Shown piece by piece: positions 40,382 through 50,473 of a DNA stretch of 64,000 bases. Under the pieces are notes generated by a model, which worked only from the letters and a program-made list of their open reading frames with translations, was not told the origin of the DNA and searched no databases. Each line of letters starts with the position of its first letter. Position 1 is the first letter of the stretch. The stretch comes from an uncultured Methanomicrobiales archaeon. GTDB taxonomy: Archaea > Halobacteriota > Methanomicrobia > Methanomicrobiales > JACTUA01. Made by a program: the position numbers and the translations under genes. Location of the stretch: assembly GCA_963712215.1 (NCBI GenBank), contig CAVQHA010000007.1, positions 143,583 through 207,582 on the forward strand, in the 5' to 3' direction.

Positions 40382-40660
40382 ATGAAACTTTCGGGAGAAC
40401 GGATCCTGTACCCCTGCTACTTTGACGCCGCGCTGGAACGGAGTTCGGGGAGACGGGTCCCCCGCGCCCTCGCCGTGAAAGGTCCGACCCTCCAGGACCT
40501 GGAGCGGGCCCTGAAAAAGGAGCGCCTCTCCTTCCGCCCCGAGGACAAGAACCACCCCGCCCACTGGGCGAAAAGGGAGGGGAGGCTTATCGTCACCTGG
40601 GAAGGGTCCAAGGAGGCACTCCTCAGGCGCGTTGCAAAGGGCCTTGAAGTGAAAAAGTGA
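40382..40660 (+). CDS. srp19: Signal recognition particle protein SRP19
   Basis: 92 aa from an internal Met of ORF 39590..40660: MKLSGERILYPCYFDAALERSSGRRVPRALAV...HPAHWAKREGRLIV. Confidence 0.85.
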   Translation: MKLSGERILYPCYFDAALERSSGRRVPRALAVKGPTLQDLERALKKERLSFRPEDKNHPAHWAKREGRLIVTWEGSKEALLRRVAKGLEVKK

Positions 40661-40665
40661 TCGCC

Positions 40666-41322
40666 ATGTACGACCTGCACACCCACTCCACCCTCTCGGA
40701 CGGGGACATGCTCCCCATCGAGCTCGTCCGCCGTGCTGCGGTCCTCGGGTACCGGACCCTCGCCATCACCGATCACGTGGATTCGGGGAACCTCTCCCAG
40801 GTTGTCGCCGCCCAGGTCCCCCTGAAGGATCTTGCGGCCGCCTTCGGCGTGACCCTTCTTACCGGTGTCGAGATCACCCACGTGCCCCCCTCCCACATCC
40901 CCCTTCTCGCACGGAGGGCGAAGGACGAGGGGGCCGATATCGTCGTCGTGCATGGCGAAACCGTCGTGGAACCGGTGGCGCCGGGGACGAACCTGGCCGC
41001 CTGCACCTGCAGGGAGGTGGACCTCCTCGCCCACCCCGGCCTCATCACCCCGGAGGTCGCCCGGGAGGCTGCCCGGCGGGGCATCGCCCTTGAGATCACC
41101 TCGAGGGGGGGCCATAACCGGACGAACGGCCACGTGGTACTCGCGGCAAAGGCCGCGGGATGCACCCTCGTCGTGGACTCGGATGCCCACGGGCCCCATG
41201 ACCTCCTTGACGCGGGCGCGCGCGAAGCTGTGGCGCGCGGAGCCGGGCTTTCAGCCCCTGAGGCCGCGGACGCACTAGGTTTAAATATTGAGAAATGGCT
41301 CTTCCACCGGGGTTCTATTTAA
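40666..41322 (+). CDS. PHP-domain (histidinol-phosphatase-like) metal-dependent phosphoesterase
   Basis: Intact ORF with MYDLHTHSTLSDG...AITDHVD...VVHGE...DSDAHGP. An alternative GTG start at 40657 overlaps the srp19 stop. Confidence 0.75.
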   Translation: MYDLHTHSTLSDGDMLPIELVRRAAVLGYRTLAITDHVDSGNLSQVVAAQVPLKDLAAAFGVTLLTGVEITHVPPSHIPLLARRAKDEGADIVVVHGETVVEPVAPGTNLAACTCREVDLLAHPGLITPEVAREAARRGIALEITSRGGHNRTNGHVVLAAKAAGCTLVVDSDAHGPHDLLDAGAREAVARGAGLSAPEAADALGLNIEKWLFHRGSI

Positions 41323-41356
41323 TCTTTGACGCAACCTTTTTATAATGAAAAGTGCC

Positions 41357-41366
41357 ATATATATAA
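41357..41366 (+). promoter_or_regulatory. Candidate TATA box for the gar1-tfb unit
   Basis: ATATATATAA about 35 nt upstream of the gar1 start. A second A/T box, TTTTATAAT, lies at 41337-41346. Confidence 0.35.
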
Positions 41367-41400
41367 GTAACCTAAACACAGGTGAAAGATCGAGGTAGGA

Positions 41401-41625
41401 TTGAGGAGTTTAGGCAGCGTTCTTCACCGTTCAGGGAAACGCCTGTTGCTCATCCAGTGTGACGCCTCAAAACTCCCGCGTTTGTACAGCGACGTAGTGG
41501 ATAGACGCCTCCGGGCGGTTGGTAAGGTCGTCGACATCTTTGGGAATATCCAGAACCCCTATGCGTGCGTGCTCTGCTATGGCGGATGCGGTATCGAAGT
41601 CGGAGAGAAAGTATTTGGGAAGTAG
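41401..41625 (+). CDS. gar1: H/ACA RNP component Gar1
   Basis: 74 aa with a TTG start: LGSVLHRSGKRLLLIQCD...PRLYSDVVDRRLRAVGKVVDIFGNIQNPYACV. Confidence 0.75.
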   Translation: MRSLGSVLHRSGKRLLLIQCDASKLPRLYSDVVDRRLRAVGKVVDIFGNIQNPYACVLCYGGCGIEVGEKVFGK

Positions 41626-41635
41626 GTGAGGACCC

Positions 41636-42646
41636 ATGCAGGAGACAGAGAAGGTTAAGATCCTCCAGACAGAGAGGGAGGCCCTCAAGAAGCGCTCGAA
41701 GGAAGTATCCAAGGAGCGTGAGCGGACCGGGCAGGACTATGCCGAGGTGGTCTGCCCGGAGTGCGGCGGGCGGCAGCTCGTCCATGACTACGAGCGGGCG
41801 GAACTCGTCTGCCAGAATTGCGGGCTCGTCATCGACGAGGACTTCATAGACCGTGGTCCCGAGTGGCGTGCCTTTGACAATGACCAGCGGATCAAGCGGT
41901 CCCGGGTGGGAGCCCCCATGACCTTCACGATCCATGACAAGGGCCTCTCCACCATGATCGACTGGCGGAACCGGGACTCCTACGGGCGGGCTATCTCGTC
42001 CAAGAACAGGGCCCAGCTCTACCGGCTCAGGAAGTGGCAGCGGCGGATCCGGGTCTCCAACGCCACCGAGCGGAACCTGGCGTTCGCCTTGTCGGAGCTC
42101 GACCGGATGGCCTCGGCTCTCGGGCTCCCGAGGAACGTCCGGGAGACGGCGGCCGTGGTGTACCGCGACGCGGTGGACAAGAACCTCATCCGGGGAAGGT
42201 CCATCGAAGGGGTCGCGGCCGCGGCGCTCTATGCGGCCTGCCGGCAGTGCTCGGTCCCGAGGACCCTCGACGAGATCGCGGAGGTATCCCGGGTCTCGAG
42301 GAAGGAGATCGGCAGGACCTACCGGTTCATATCGAGGGAGCTCGGCCTCAAGCTGCTCCCGACCTCACCCATCGACTATGTCCCCCGGTTCTGCTCAGGC
42401 CTCAACCTGAAGGGGGAGGTCCAGAGCCGGGCGGTGGAGATCCTCCGCCAGGCCGGCGAACGCGAGCTCACGAGCGGGCGTGGCCCGACCGGTGTCGCGG
42501 CGGCCGCCATCTACATCTCCTCCATCCTCGGGGGAGAGCGGCGGACCCAGCGCGAGGTCGCCGAGGTTGCAGGAGTCACCGAGGTGACGATCCGGAACCG
42601 GTACAAGGAACTCGCCGAGAAGCTCGACATCGAGATCATCCTCTAA
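41636..42646 (+). CDS. tfb: Transcription initiation factor IIB (TFB)
   Basis: Intact 336-aa ORF with the zinc ribbon [24 protein letters not shown] and two cyclin-fold repeats. Confidence 0.95.
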   Translation: MQETEKVKILQTEREALKKRSKEVSKERERTGQDYAEVVCPECGGRQLVHDYERAELVCQNCGLVIDEDFIDRGPEWRAFDNDQRIKRSRVGAPMTFTIHDKGLSTMIDWRNRDSYGRAISSKNRAQLYRLRKWQRRIRVSNATERNLAFALSELDRMASALGLPRNVRETAAVVYRDAVDKNLIRGRSIEGVAAAALYAACRQCSVPRTLDEIAEVSRVSRKEIGRTYRFISRELGLKLLPTSPIDYVPRFCSGLNLKGEVQSRAVEILRQAGERELTSGRGPTGVAAAAIYISSILGGERRTQREVAEVAGVTEVTIRNRYKELAEKLDIEIIL

Positions 42647-42709
42647 AACAACTTTTTTCGAACCCTTCGTAAGGACTATATTCTCTCAGAAGAGAACCTG
42701 TATCTCATC

Positions 42710-42781
42710 GGGCTCGTAGATCAGGGGTAGATCGTTACGTTCGCAACGTAAAGGCCGCGGGTTCGAATCCCGCCGAGTCCA
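42710..42781 (+). tRNA. tRNA-Ala (anticodon CGC)
   Basis: GGGCTCG acceptor with G3:U70, D stem GATC/GATC, anticodon loop TT-CGC-AA and T arm GCGGG-TTCGAAT-CCCGC. Confidence 0.9.
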
Positions 42782-43290
42782 CTCTTCTTATTCTGAATAG
42801 TTTTCTTATTTGATAGGTACCTCGCTACCTTTCGGCGACCGAAGGTCGCCCCGGGGTCGAGGGCGGAGCCCTCGGTCCGGAACGCCCTGGCCGCGGGTTC
42901 GAATCCCGCCGAGTCCATTTCCTTGAGTTCTTTTGAGATCTGTCCTTCGGCGACCGAAGGTCGCCCCGGGTTCGAAGGGCGGAGCCCTCGGTCCGGAACG
43001 CCCTGGCCGCGGGTTCGAATCCCGCCGAGTCCACTCTTCTTATTCTGAATAGTTTTTCTCATTTGATGAGGTAGACCTGGATCCTACCCTTTTCGGCGAC
43101 CGAAGGTCGCCCCTGGGTCGAGGGGCGGAGCCCTCGGTCCGGAACGCCCTGGCCGCGGGTTCGAATCCCGCCGAGTCCACTCTTCTTATTCTGAATAGTT
43201 TTTCTCATCTGATGAGGTAGACCTAGGATCCTACCCTTTTCGGCGACCGAAGGTCGCCCCAGGGTCGAGGGGCGGAGCCCTCGGTCCTGG
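42782..43290 (+). repeat. Tandem array of 3 full and 1 truncated units, each ending in an exact copy of the tRNA-Ala 3-prime 29 nt
   Basis: GGCCGCGGGTTCGAATCCCGCCGAGTCCA ends at 42781 (the tRNA), 42917, 43033 and 43179. Each unit also has the hairpin GGCGACC-GAA-GGTCGCC (42834, 42949, 43095, 43242) and a conserved GGGCGGAGCCCTCGGTCCGGAACGCCC segment. Confidence 0.9.
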
Positions 43291-43350
43291 AACTACCGAC
43301 AGAGACACTTCTCGAGGGGTAAGGCTTTCCAGGAAAAAAGGATGAAAGGA

Positions 43351-45584
43351 TTACCGGTCAGGGAGCTCGCTCTCCTCGTCCTTCTTGTGGAAGTCGAGGT
43401 AGGGGTGGGCCTTGCGCTTGTCATTCCCGACCGTGATGAGGCTGTCCTTGCTCGTCAAGTCCTCGCCGCCCGCGTTCTTGACGGTGAGGTTCACCGTGAA
43501 TGTTCCGGCCTTGGCATAGGTATGCACCGGGTTCTTGTCGGCGGAGGTCGTGCCGTCCCCGAAGTCCCAGAGCCATGAGGTCGGTTTCCGGAGCGACCTG
43601 TCCTTGAAGGTGACCTTGAGGGGCGTATTTCCTTTCTTCGGGGACGCGGTGAACCGGGCATCCGGCGGCGGGACCGCGGCGACGGTGAAGGCCTTCAGGC
43701 AGACATTGATGTTGGGGTAGTCCGGTTCGAGCGTTGTCGTGTCGAGCCATGTGGAGCCATCGCTGCTCATGTAGCCTCTCACCCGGGTGGGCGACCGCAT
43801 TGCTCGTATAGCCGGGTATGCCGACCTCCACTGGAACCGGGTAGGGGTAATCGGGCGTGTGGATCTTCACGACGACGGAGAACTTCTGCCCGAGATTGAC
43901 GAGGACCGAGTTGTCGAGGTTCACGGTGTGGTACCCTGCAAGCTCGAAGGAGCCGCTCGTGACCGACAGGGGGCCGGCGGTGCTGAGCGGCCCGTTGGTG
44001 GGATTGGTATAGACCGAGACCGTGTACTCGGAGTTCTCCTGGGGGGTGTAGAACGCCACCGCTGCAACCTGTTCCCGGGCCTGGGAGGTGAAGACATTTG
44101 CGTACTGGGCGGTATCGGTGAAGTCAGCGGTACCTATGTTTCCCACCCATCCAAGGTCATCGGTACTGGTACTCCCTTTTCAGGTTCTTCAGTGGCTCGG
44201 CGGTGAAGACCGTGTTGCCCATCCCGATGAGGGGGTCGTCGTACGAGATAGAGAAGTAGCCCGCCTGACCGAATCCCGTCCCCCAGCTGTTCTTGGCGAT
44301 GAATGCCCCGTTGTCCGAGGGAACGATGACTGAAGGAGTACCGTCATAGTTCACCGAGGGCAGGGCGAATTTGTTCCGGTCAAAGGAGTCGTCCCACCCG
44401 ACGAGGGTGACGGCATGGTCGTACCAGTAGGCCCCACCGTTATAGTAGGATGCGTTTGCTGCATTGTAGGCCTCGGGTTCCCAGTCCATCAGGCTGTACA
44501 CGCCGCCGTAGTTCATGATGGCCGCCTTGAGGTTGGCATTGTCGAGGGATCCTGTCCGGGGCGGGATGATGAACATCCCCTGTGCGTGCTTCCTTATCCT
44601 GAGATCTGCAGGCGAAACGAGGCTCGTGATGCTGTACGGGTCTGCCTTGTCGTTGACCGGGCCGCTCCAGCGGGCGAGGTATGCCATGGCCATGGTGTCG
44701 CTCCCACCGGCGCAGTGCCCGAGGTCGTACCCGTTGGTATTGATCATGTTATTCTCGGAGAAGTCCCAGGTCTCCCCGGGTAAAAGGGTCGATTCCAGGG
44801 ACCCGTAAGCCGCAAACGCCCAGCAGCTCCCGCAGGCGCCCTGGTCGCGGACACCGGTCACCTTGCCCAGGGTCCTCAGGTCGTACGAAGAGGGATATCC
44901 GGTGGAGGCAGTATCCTCGGTCGCGAGGTCCGTCCCTGTCGCCTCTGCTTCGGCCTCCACGGCAGTCCACGATACCTTTTGACCCTTCAGCTGGGAGAAA
45001 TCGATGGGTGGAGGTACATACCCGAGGCCGTGCCCCTGCTTGACCATGGCCACCTGGGAGAGGGTCTTCATATCAAGATAATGTCTGAAGCCGGCACTCG
45101 CCGGTGCCAGGTTGGCATCCGGCTGATCGGCGGGTACCTGGATCGTGGTATTCGGTGCAGGAGTAGCCGCCGGCGCAATGGTCGTCACATCCGGCTGGAC
45201 AGTCGCAATGACCGTAACGTCCGGTACAGGGGTGGATACCGGGGTCACTGCCACCACCGTCGGTTCAATCGTCGCAACCACTGTGACTTCCGGTGCGGGA
45301 GTGGCCGTCGTTGTTACAGGTGTGACCGTTGGTTCAACGGTAACGGTCGCCGTGACGTCCGGTGTCACAACAGGAGTCGGTGATACGTCGGCCCCCACCG
45401 GAGCACCGGCCGCATTTACGGTGACATCCGGAGCGGCAGTTGGTACCGGCGTGGTGGTGTTCGCCACCTGGCCGCCGGTCTCGTTCCCCGTGCCATCCGG
45501 CCCGGCGATGGCCGCCTGCGCGAGGCAGGCGATGAGGAGGAGGCCGATGATGAGAGAGATTTCCCTTCTTCGAGACATGTGCAC
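43351..45584 (-). CDS. Secreted papain-family (C1) cysteine protease with C-terminal beta-sandwich and PKD domains, 2 frameshifts
   Basis: Signal peptide, then a Thr/Pro/Val-rich repetitive linker and the catalytic region QGACGSCWAF...DHAVTLVGW...KNSWG. Next come ORF 43421..44146 and a PKD-like end (WDFGDGTTSADKNPVHTYAKAGTFTVNLTVKN). Junctions lie near 44150 and 43800. Confidence 0.8.
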
Positions 45585-45841
45585 GCTTACCCGTGGCAGT
45601 CCTCTCCCCTCGGCAGCGTATAGACAGGGTGTCCTGCAGGGGAGAGTGCCAGTAGGATTAAATCACCTTAACCCATAATAAAGTTAACTCTTTGTAAAGT
45701 TACGGGGGAGAGCACGTTCAAAGTAAATACCGCCAAATTGACTTATTTCATGGGATCCAAAAAAGTATATCATTTATAATTACATGAGATCGCGGCATTC
45801 TCCCTGAAAATACCGCAGGGCCCCTCATGATTGTCCCTTCC

Positions 45842-46735
45842 TCAGGTTTCCAGTCCCGGTCCCCCGGATCCGGTCTCCCCCCACCTGTGCTGGTACCCCC
45901 GGCGGTCCATGGGCTCGCCGTTCAGGAAGGCGCCGGGCTCACCGACCACATGCCCGATGACATGGTAGGTCATTCCCTCCAGGGGGAGCCTCTCCCCGGG
46001 GATGGTAAAGAGGAGCTCGTAATCGCCCCCTCCGTAGACGGCGAACTCCAGCGCCTTCTCGTACGGGATGTCCTCGATGACCGGGATCATCGCCGAGCTG
46101 ATCCGGTAGCCGCACGGGTTCGCGAGGCCGAGATCAGAGAGGGAGAGCGCGAGCCCGTCGGAGATGTCCATCATCGAGGTCGCCCCGCTCCTCCCCAGGA
46201 TCTGCCCTTCCGCGACACGCGGCTGTGGCTCGAAGAGGGCCTGCCTGTACCGGGCATATCCCTCGATGGCCGCCTGCGCCCGGCCCAGCACGCCGGTCAC
46301 GCAGACGAGGTCACCCTCCCGGGAACCCCTCCGTCGCACGAGGTGGGCAGGGTCCACGAGGCCGAGGCCCGTGGAGACCAGGGTGAGCTCGTCGTGGCTG
46401 TCGATGTCACCCCCGATGATCTCGGTGCCGTACCGGTCGCAGCAGGCCTTCGCCCCCTCCATGACCGGGCGGAGGCGTTCGGGCCGGTCGAGGCCTACGG
46501 CGAGGAGCAGGTAGCTGGGGGCGGCGCCCTTGGCGGCCATATCAGAGAGGGTCACCGCGGCTGCCATCCACCCGCACTGCCAGTCGGTCATCCCGGGGAG
46601 GAAATCCGTCTTCGTGTGGAGCATGTCGGTGGTGACAACCAGGCAGCTCTTCCCGCAAGGGATAAACGCACAGTCGTCGCGTGCCCGGTCCCCGACCAGA
46701 TCGAGGATGGATTCCAGGAGATCGCGGTCATCCAC
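45842..46735 (-). CDS. thiL: Thiamine-monophosphate kinase ThiL
   Basis: Intact 297-aa ORF with a GTG start and the AIR-synthase-related fold pattern DDCAFIP...VVTTDML...GGDI...MMDISDGLA. Confidence 0.8.
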   Translation of the reverse strand: MDDRDLLESILDLVGDRARDDCAFIPCGKSCLVVTTDMLHTKTDFLPGMTDWQCGWMAAAVTLSDMAAKGAAPSYLLLAVGLDRPERLRPVMEGAKACCDRYGTEIIGGDIDSHDELTLVSTGLGLVDPAHLVRRRGSREGDLVCVTGVLGRAQAAIEGYARYRQALFEPQPRVAEGQILGRSGATSMMDISDGLALSLSDLGLANPCGYRISSAMIPVIEDIPYEKALEFAVYGGGDYELLFTIPGERLPLEGMTYHVIGHVVGEPGAFLNGEPMDRRGYQHRWGETGSGGPGLET

Positions 46736-48682
46736 CCTTCCTCACCTCCTTCTCGCGCTCGGTCCGGGTCCTCCCTGAAGAGGTACTCGACCTTGGCCTT
46801 CTCCCTCTCGGTCTTCTCCTTCTGCCGGGCCGCCTGCCATGCACCCATCCCTCTCCTCGACCGTGCTTCGGTCTACAGAGCCAACCGGTCCCCGTACCTG
46901 GATGGTCCCCTGCGGGGCCGGAAGGACTGGGATCTCCTCGTCCCGTGAGGTATCGAGGAGGAGGGGATCGACCTCCCCGCCGGGCGGTACCCCCACGAGG
47001 AGTGCCTCCGCCCCGAGGCCCGCCAGGTCCTTCACAACGGAACGCCCCCACCCGTCGGACCTCGCGACATAGAGGAGGTCCCCCTCACCAATCCCCGCGT
47101 CCTGGACGAGGGCCTGGACCCCGTCCCTCGTGAGCGAGGGGAGGACCTTGAGCGGCAGCCGGGCCCCGTCGTGGCGCACCTCCTCGGCCTCCTTCTGCCG
47201 CTCCAGTCGCTTCTTCAGGGACTTCACCTGGCGTTCCCCCTGCCGGAGCCGGTGCCTCAGGTCGAGGATGGTGGCGTCGCGCCTCGTGATCTCGGCGTCC
47301 CGCTTCATCCGCACGTACATCCTCGACTGCTCCCGGTCGAGTCGTTCCCTGTACCGGGCAATCTCGCCTTCCCTCGCCTTGACCTCGTCCTGGAGTTCGG
47401 TGACGAGGCCGCGGAGGCGCTTGACCATCCCGTCAAGGACCATGACCCGCTCGTCCTGCTTCCCCGCAATCACCGGCCCCGGGGGTTTCTCCGCGACCGG
47501 TGCCCGGGCAGGAGAGAGTTCACCGAGAATTCTCTCGATCGACTGGCCCTTGACGATCCCGGCCCTCACCCGGTTCAGGTCGAACCCGGGCGGCACCCTC
47601 TTCTGGATGGACTGGAACTTGTTCCGGTAGGAACGGTAGGCATCGAGAGCCGCCGAGAGAGCGTCCCGCTCGTGGAGGTTCGCGTACGAGAACCCTTCCG
47701 TGAGCGCGATCTTCTCGTCCCCGGTCCGGTCCGCCCGGGGGGTGTAGGCAACGGCAGAGAACACCCGCCGGACCCGTTCCACCGAGAAGGGCATCTGCGA
47801 GACGTCGGAGGCCACGACCAGGGGCTTCCCTGCCTGGTAGAGGGCCTCGACGACGTCGGCCATGGACCGCTCCCGGCCGCTCGAGAGGTGGACCACCTTC
47901 CCATCCAGGTCCACCGCCGCCACCGCGGTGGTGGTCCCGGGGTCGATCCCCACGATGAGGTAGCTCGCCCCTTTTCCGGCGGGCTTGAACCGGATCCGGT
48001 CGAGCTTCTGCCCGGATATCCGCACCTGGACGTCACCACCCCGGCGTGAGGAGACCGGGATGTCCTCCCTCGGCGCGTGGACGAGGAACTGGACCCGGGA
48101 GAGGCCGCCGAAGGCCCGGGACTCCTTCTTCTCGAACCGGAGCCCTGCCTGGACGAGGCGGTCCTCAATCTCCCGGGCATGGGTGAGGACGGCGCCATGG
48201 ACCTTCCGCACGTACCGGTTCTGGCTCCACCCTCCCTTCCCCAGGGACCGGTTCCTCGAGACCACCACCGAGCAGGTGTTCTCGTAGGCGACCACCTCGG
48301 CCCCTCCGCCGAGGGAGGCGATCCTCGCGGTCGCCCGGGCCTCGGCATAGGGGTCGAACCGGTTGAAGCTGATGTTGTACCGGGCGGCGACCTTGCCCAG
48401 GGTCTCCGGCCGCTCCCCTCCGGTCACCTGGACGAGGCGGGTCTTCGGCGGGAGGTGCTCGAGGAACGCGAAGAGGGCGTGCTGGTCCCGGGCGATCTCC
48501 TGGAGGCTGTCGACCGCGAGGATCTCCGGCTCCTCTGCCGAGATCTCCTTCAGGAGCCGGAACTGCGTCACCTCCCCCTCCGCGACGAGCTCCCCGTCCT
48601 CCATCCGGACGAGGGCATAGACCGGGCGACGGGAACGCGACCGGACCGATCCCTTGACCACGTCGATGCCGAAGACCTTCAT
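46728..48682 (-). CDS. DUF460-family protein (RNase H-like fold plus coiled coil), 2 frameshifts near the 3-prime end
   Basis: MKVFGIDVVKGSVRSRSRRPVYALV...YLIVGIDPGTTTAVAAVDLDG... followed by long coiled-coil heptads. The tail is reconstructed as MGAWQAARQKEKTEREKAKVEYLFRE-DRTEREKEVRKGG*, with shifts near 46850 and 46765. The stop overlaps the thiL GTG. Confidence 0.7.
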
Positions 48683-49536
48683 CCCGTCACCTCCGCAAGG
48701 GCCTTTGAGAAGGGGTACTCGATCCCATACTTCCGGGTGAAGTAGTCAAGGATGACCCTGAGGTCCCTTTCGAGGATCTCTCCCGCGTTCGGGTGATCTG
48801 CCTCCATCCACTGGGGCCAGTCGATGAGGAAGCACCGGTCGCCATCGATCATGACATTGAACTCCGAGAGGTCGGCATGAACCACGCCGAGCCGGAACGC
48901 CTCCCTCACCTGGAGGAGGATGGCATCGAGCATGGCTTTCGGATCCCCGGGGGTGCACCGGGAGAGGATCTCCCCGGGGATAAGGGACATCACCACCACG
49001 TGGCGGTTCCGTTCGATGGGAACGGGGACCGAGACCTTCGGGTGGAGCTTCGTGAGGGCCAGGAACTCCCGCTCTGCCGACAGGGTCGAGGCGAAGATCC
49101 AGGGGACATGCCCCTCCTCGGGCATGTATCCCCGTTTCACCCGTGCGGAGTGGAATGACCGCTGGCCCACCCGGTGGAACTTGAGGACGAGCGTCCCCAG
49201 GCCGAGGCCCTCGTAGACGAGGGACTCCTTCCCCTCGCCGATGAACGGGCCGAGGGCGCTCACCGTCCCCTTCACCGACAGGGCATGGAGCGCGAGTGCA
49301 TCGTACCCGGTGAAGACGAGCGAGTAGCCCTCGTAGGGGACCTTCTCGTACTTCACCATGCCGAGATGGAGGAGCCGGGTGAGCCGGTAGGTCACCTCCT
49401 TCTCACTCTTCCTCGTGGCCTTCGTGAGCACCTCGAGGGGGACCCACTGGTACCGTTTCATGAGCCGCTCAAGGGTATGGAGGACCAGGAGGTCGTTCTC
49501 CTGGAGGGTACGCACCGCCTCGGCAGAGATGGGCAT
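48679..49536 (-). CDS. rio2: RIO-type serine/threonine protein kinase Rio2
   Basis: Intact 285-aa ORF with an N-terminal winged helix, IGEGKESLVY and VHADLSEFNVMI. The stop overlaps the DUF460 ATG (ATGA). Confidence 0.88.
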   Translation of the reverse strand: MPISAEAVRTLQENDLLVLHTLERLMKRYQWVPLEVLTKATRKSEKEVTYRLTRLLHLGMVKYEKVPYEGYSLVFTGYDALALHALSVKGTVSALGPFIGEGKESLVYEGLGLGTLVLKFHRVGQRSFHSARVKRGYMPEEGHVPWIFASTLSAEREFLALTKLHPKVSVPVPIERNRHVVVMSLIPGEILSRCTPGDPKAMLDAILLQVREAFRLGVVHADLSEFNVMIDGDRCFLIDWPQWMEADHPNAGEILERDLRVILDYFTRKYGIEYPFSKALAEVTG

Positions 49537-49553
49537 GGCGCTCTACACACTTT

Positions 49554-50473
49554 ATGTGGGGTGATGATAAAAGTCTGATCAGGGTGCCCCGATTGGAGTG
49601 CGACAGGTGCGGCCGGGATGCCATCGTCTTCCAGCGCTACTCGGGGCTTCATCTCTGCGGGGATCACTTCCAGAGGAACCTGGCCGCCCGGGTGAAACGG
49701 ACCATCCGGGCACGCGGGTGGATCCGGACCGGCGACCGGATCGCGGTGGCCCTCTCCGGCGGTGCAAGCGGCAGCTCCCTCCTCCACTTCCTCTCGGCGC
49801 ACTTCGGGATGCGGCCCGACCTCTCCCTCGTGGCGATCACCGTGGACGAGGGAGGCGACCTCTCTCGGGATACGCACCGGATCCAGAGGTTTGTAGAAGG
49901 GATGAAGATCGAATGGGCGGGCACCTCCTTTACGGAAGAGTTCGGGGATAATCCGGTCACGGATGCCGGAAACCTCCCCGTTCCATGCCGGGATCTCCTC
50001 CGTAACCATGCCCTCAACTCCCTCGCGGGAAGGATGGGGGCGACGAAGCTCGCGCTGGGCACGACCCTCGATGACGGAGCCCGTTCGGTCCTCCTCTCGG
50101 TGCTCAGGGGGAGACAACCAGCCTCCTGCCCCGTCAGGCGCCTGGAGAGGGCTGGATCCCGAGGATCATGCCTTTCCAGGCGATCCCCATGGATGATGTC
50201 GCCCTCTATGCCCGGCTGAACCTCACCGATTGCGATCAGGACCCGGGTGTGTCTGTCTCCGGCCCGCTGGAGACCGAGGTATGCCGTATCCTGCAGGAAT
50301 ATACCCACCGGCACCCTGCGGCCCCGTTCTCCCTGGTGAACCTGGCTGTTGCCCTCGCTGAAGAAGGGGTGCAGGGAACAGGAGAGCCCCGACCATGCGA
50401 AGATTGCCAGGAACAGCGCGCCACCTCCTGCCCTGCCCGAAGGATCCCTGGCCAGGTGCCCGGCCATGGGTGA
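49554..50473 (+). CDS. TtuA/NcsA-family tRNA 2-thiolation PP-loop ATPase, at least 2 frameshifts, start uncertain
   Basis: N-terminal zinc finger CDRCGRDAIVFQRYSGLHLCGDHF and PP-loop VALSGGASGSSLL. The C-terminal part lies in ORF 50168..50473 (PFQAIPMDDVALYARL...YTHRHPAAPFSL). Shifts occur between about 50105 and 50170. Confidence 0.7.

Noticed and set aside
42782-43290. CRISPR array as an explanation for the repeat arrays (also 2653-2836 and 39117-39245)
   Set aside because: The units are not short identical repeats separated by unique spacers of similar size. The conserved parts derive from the adjacent gene's 3-prime end, three of the four spacers are homologous to each other, and no cas genes or leader are present.
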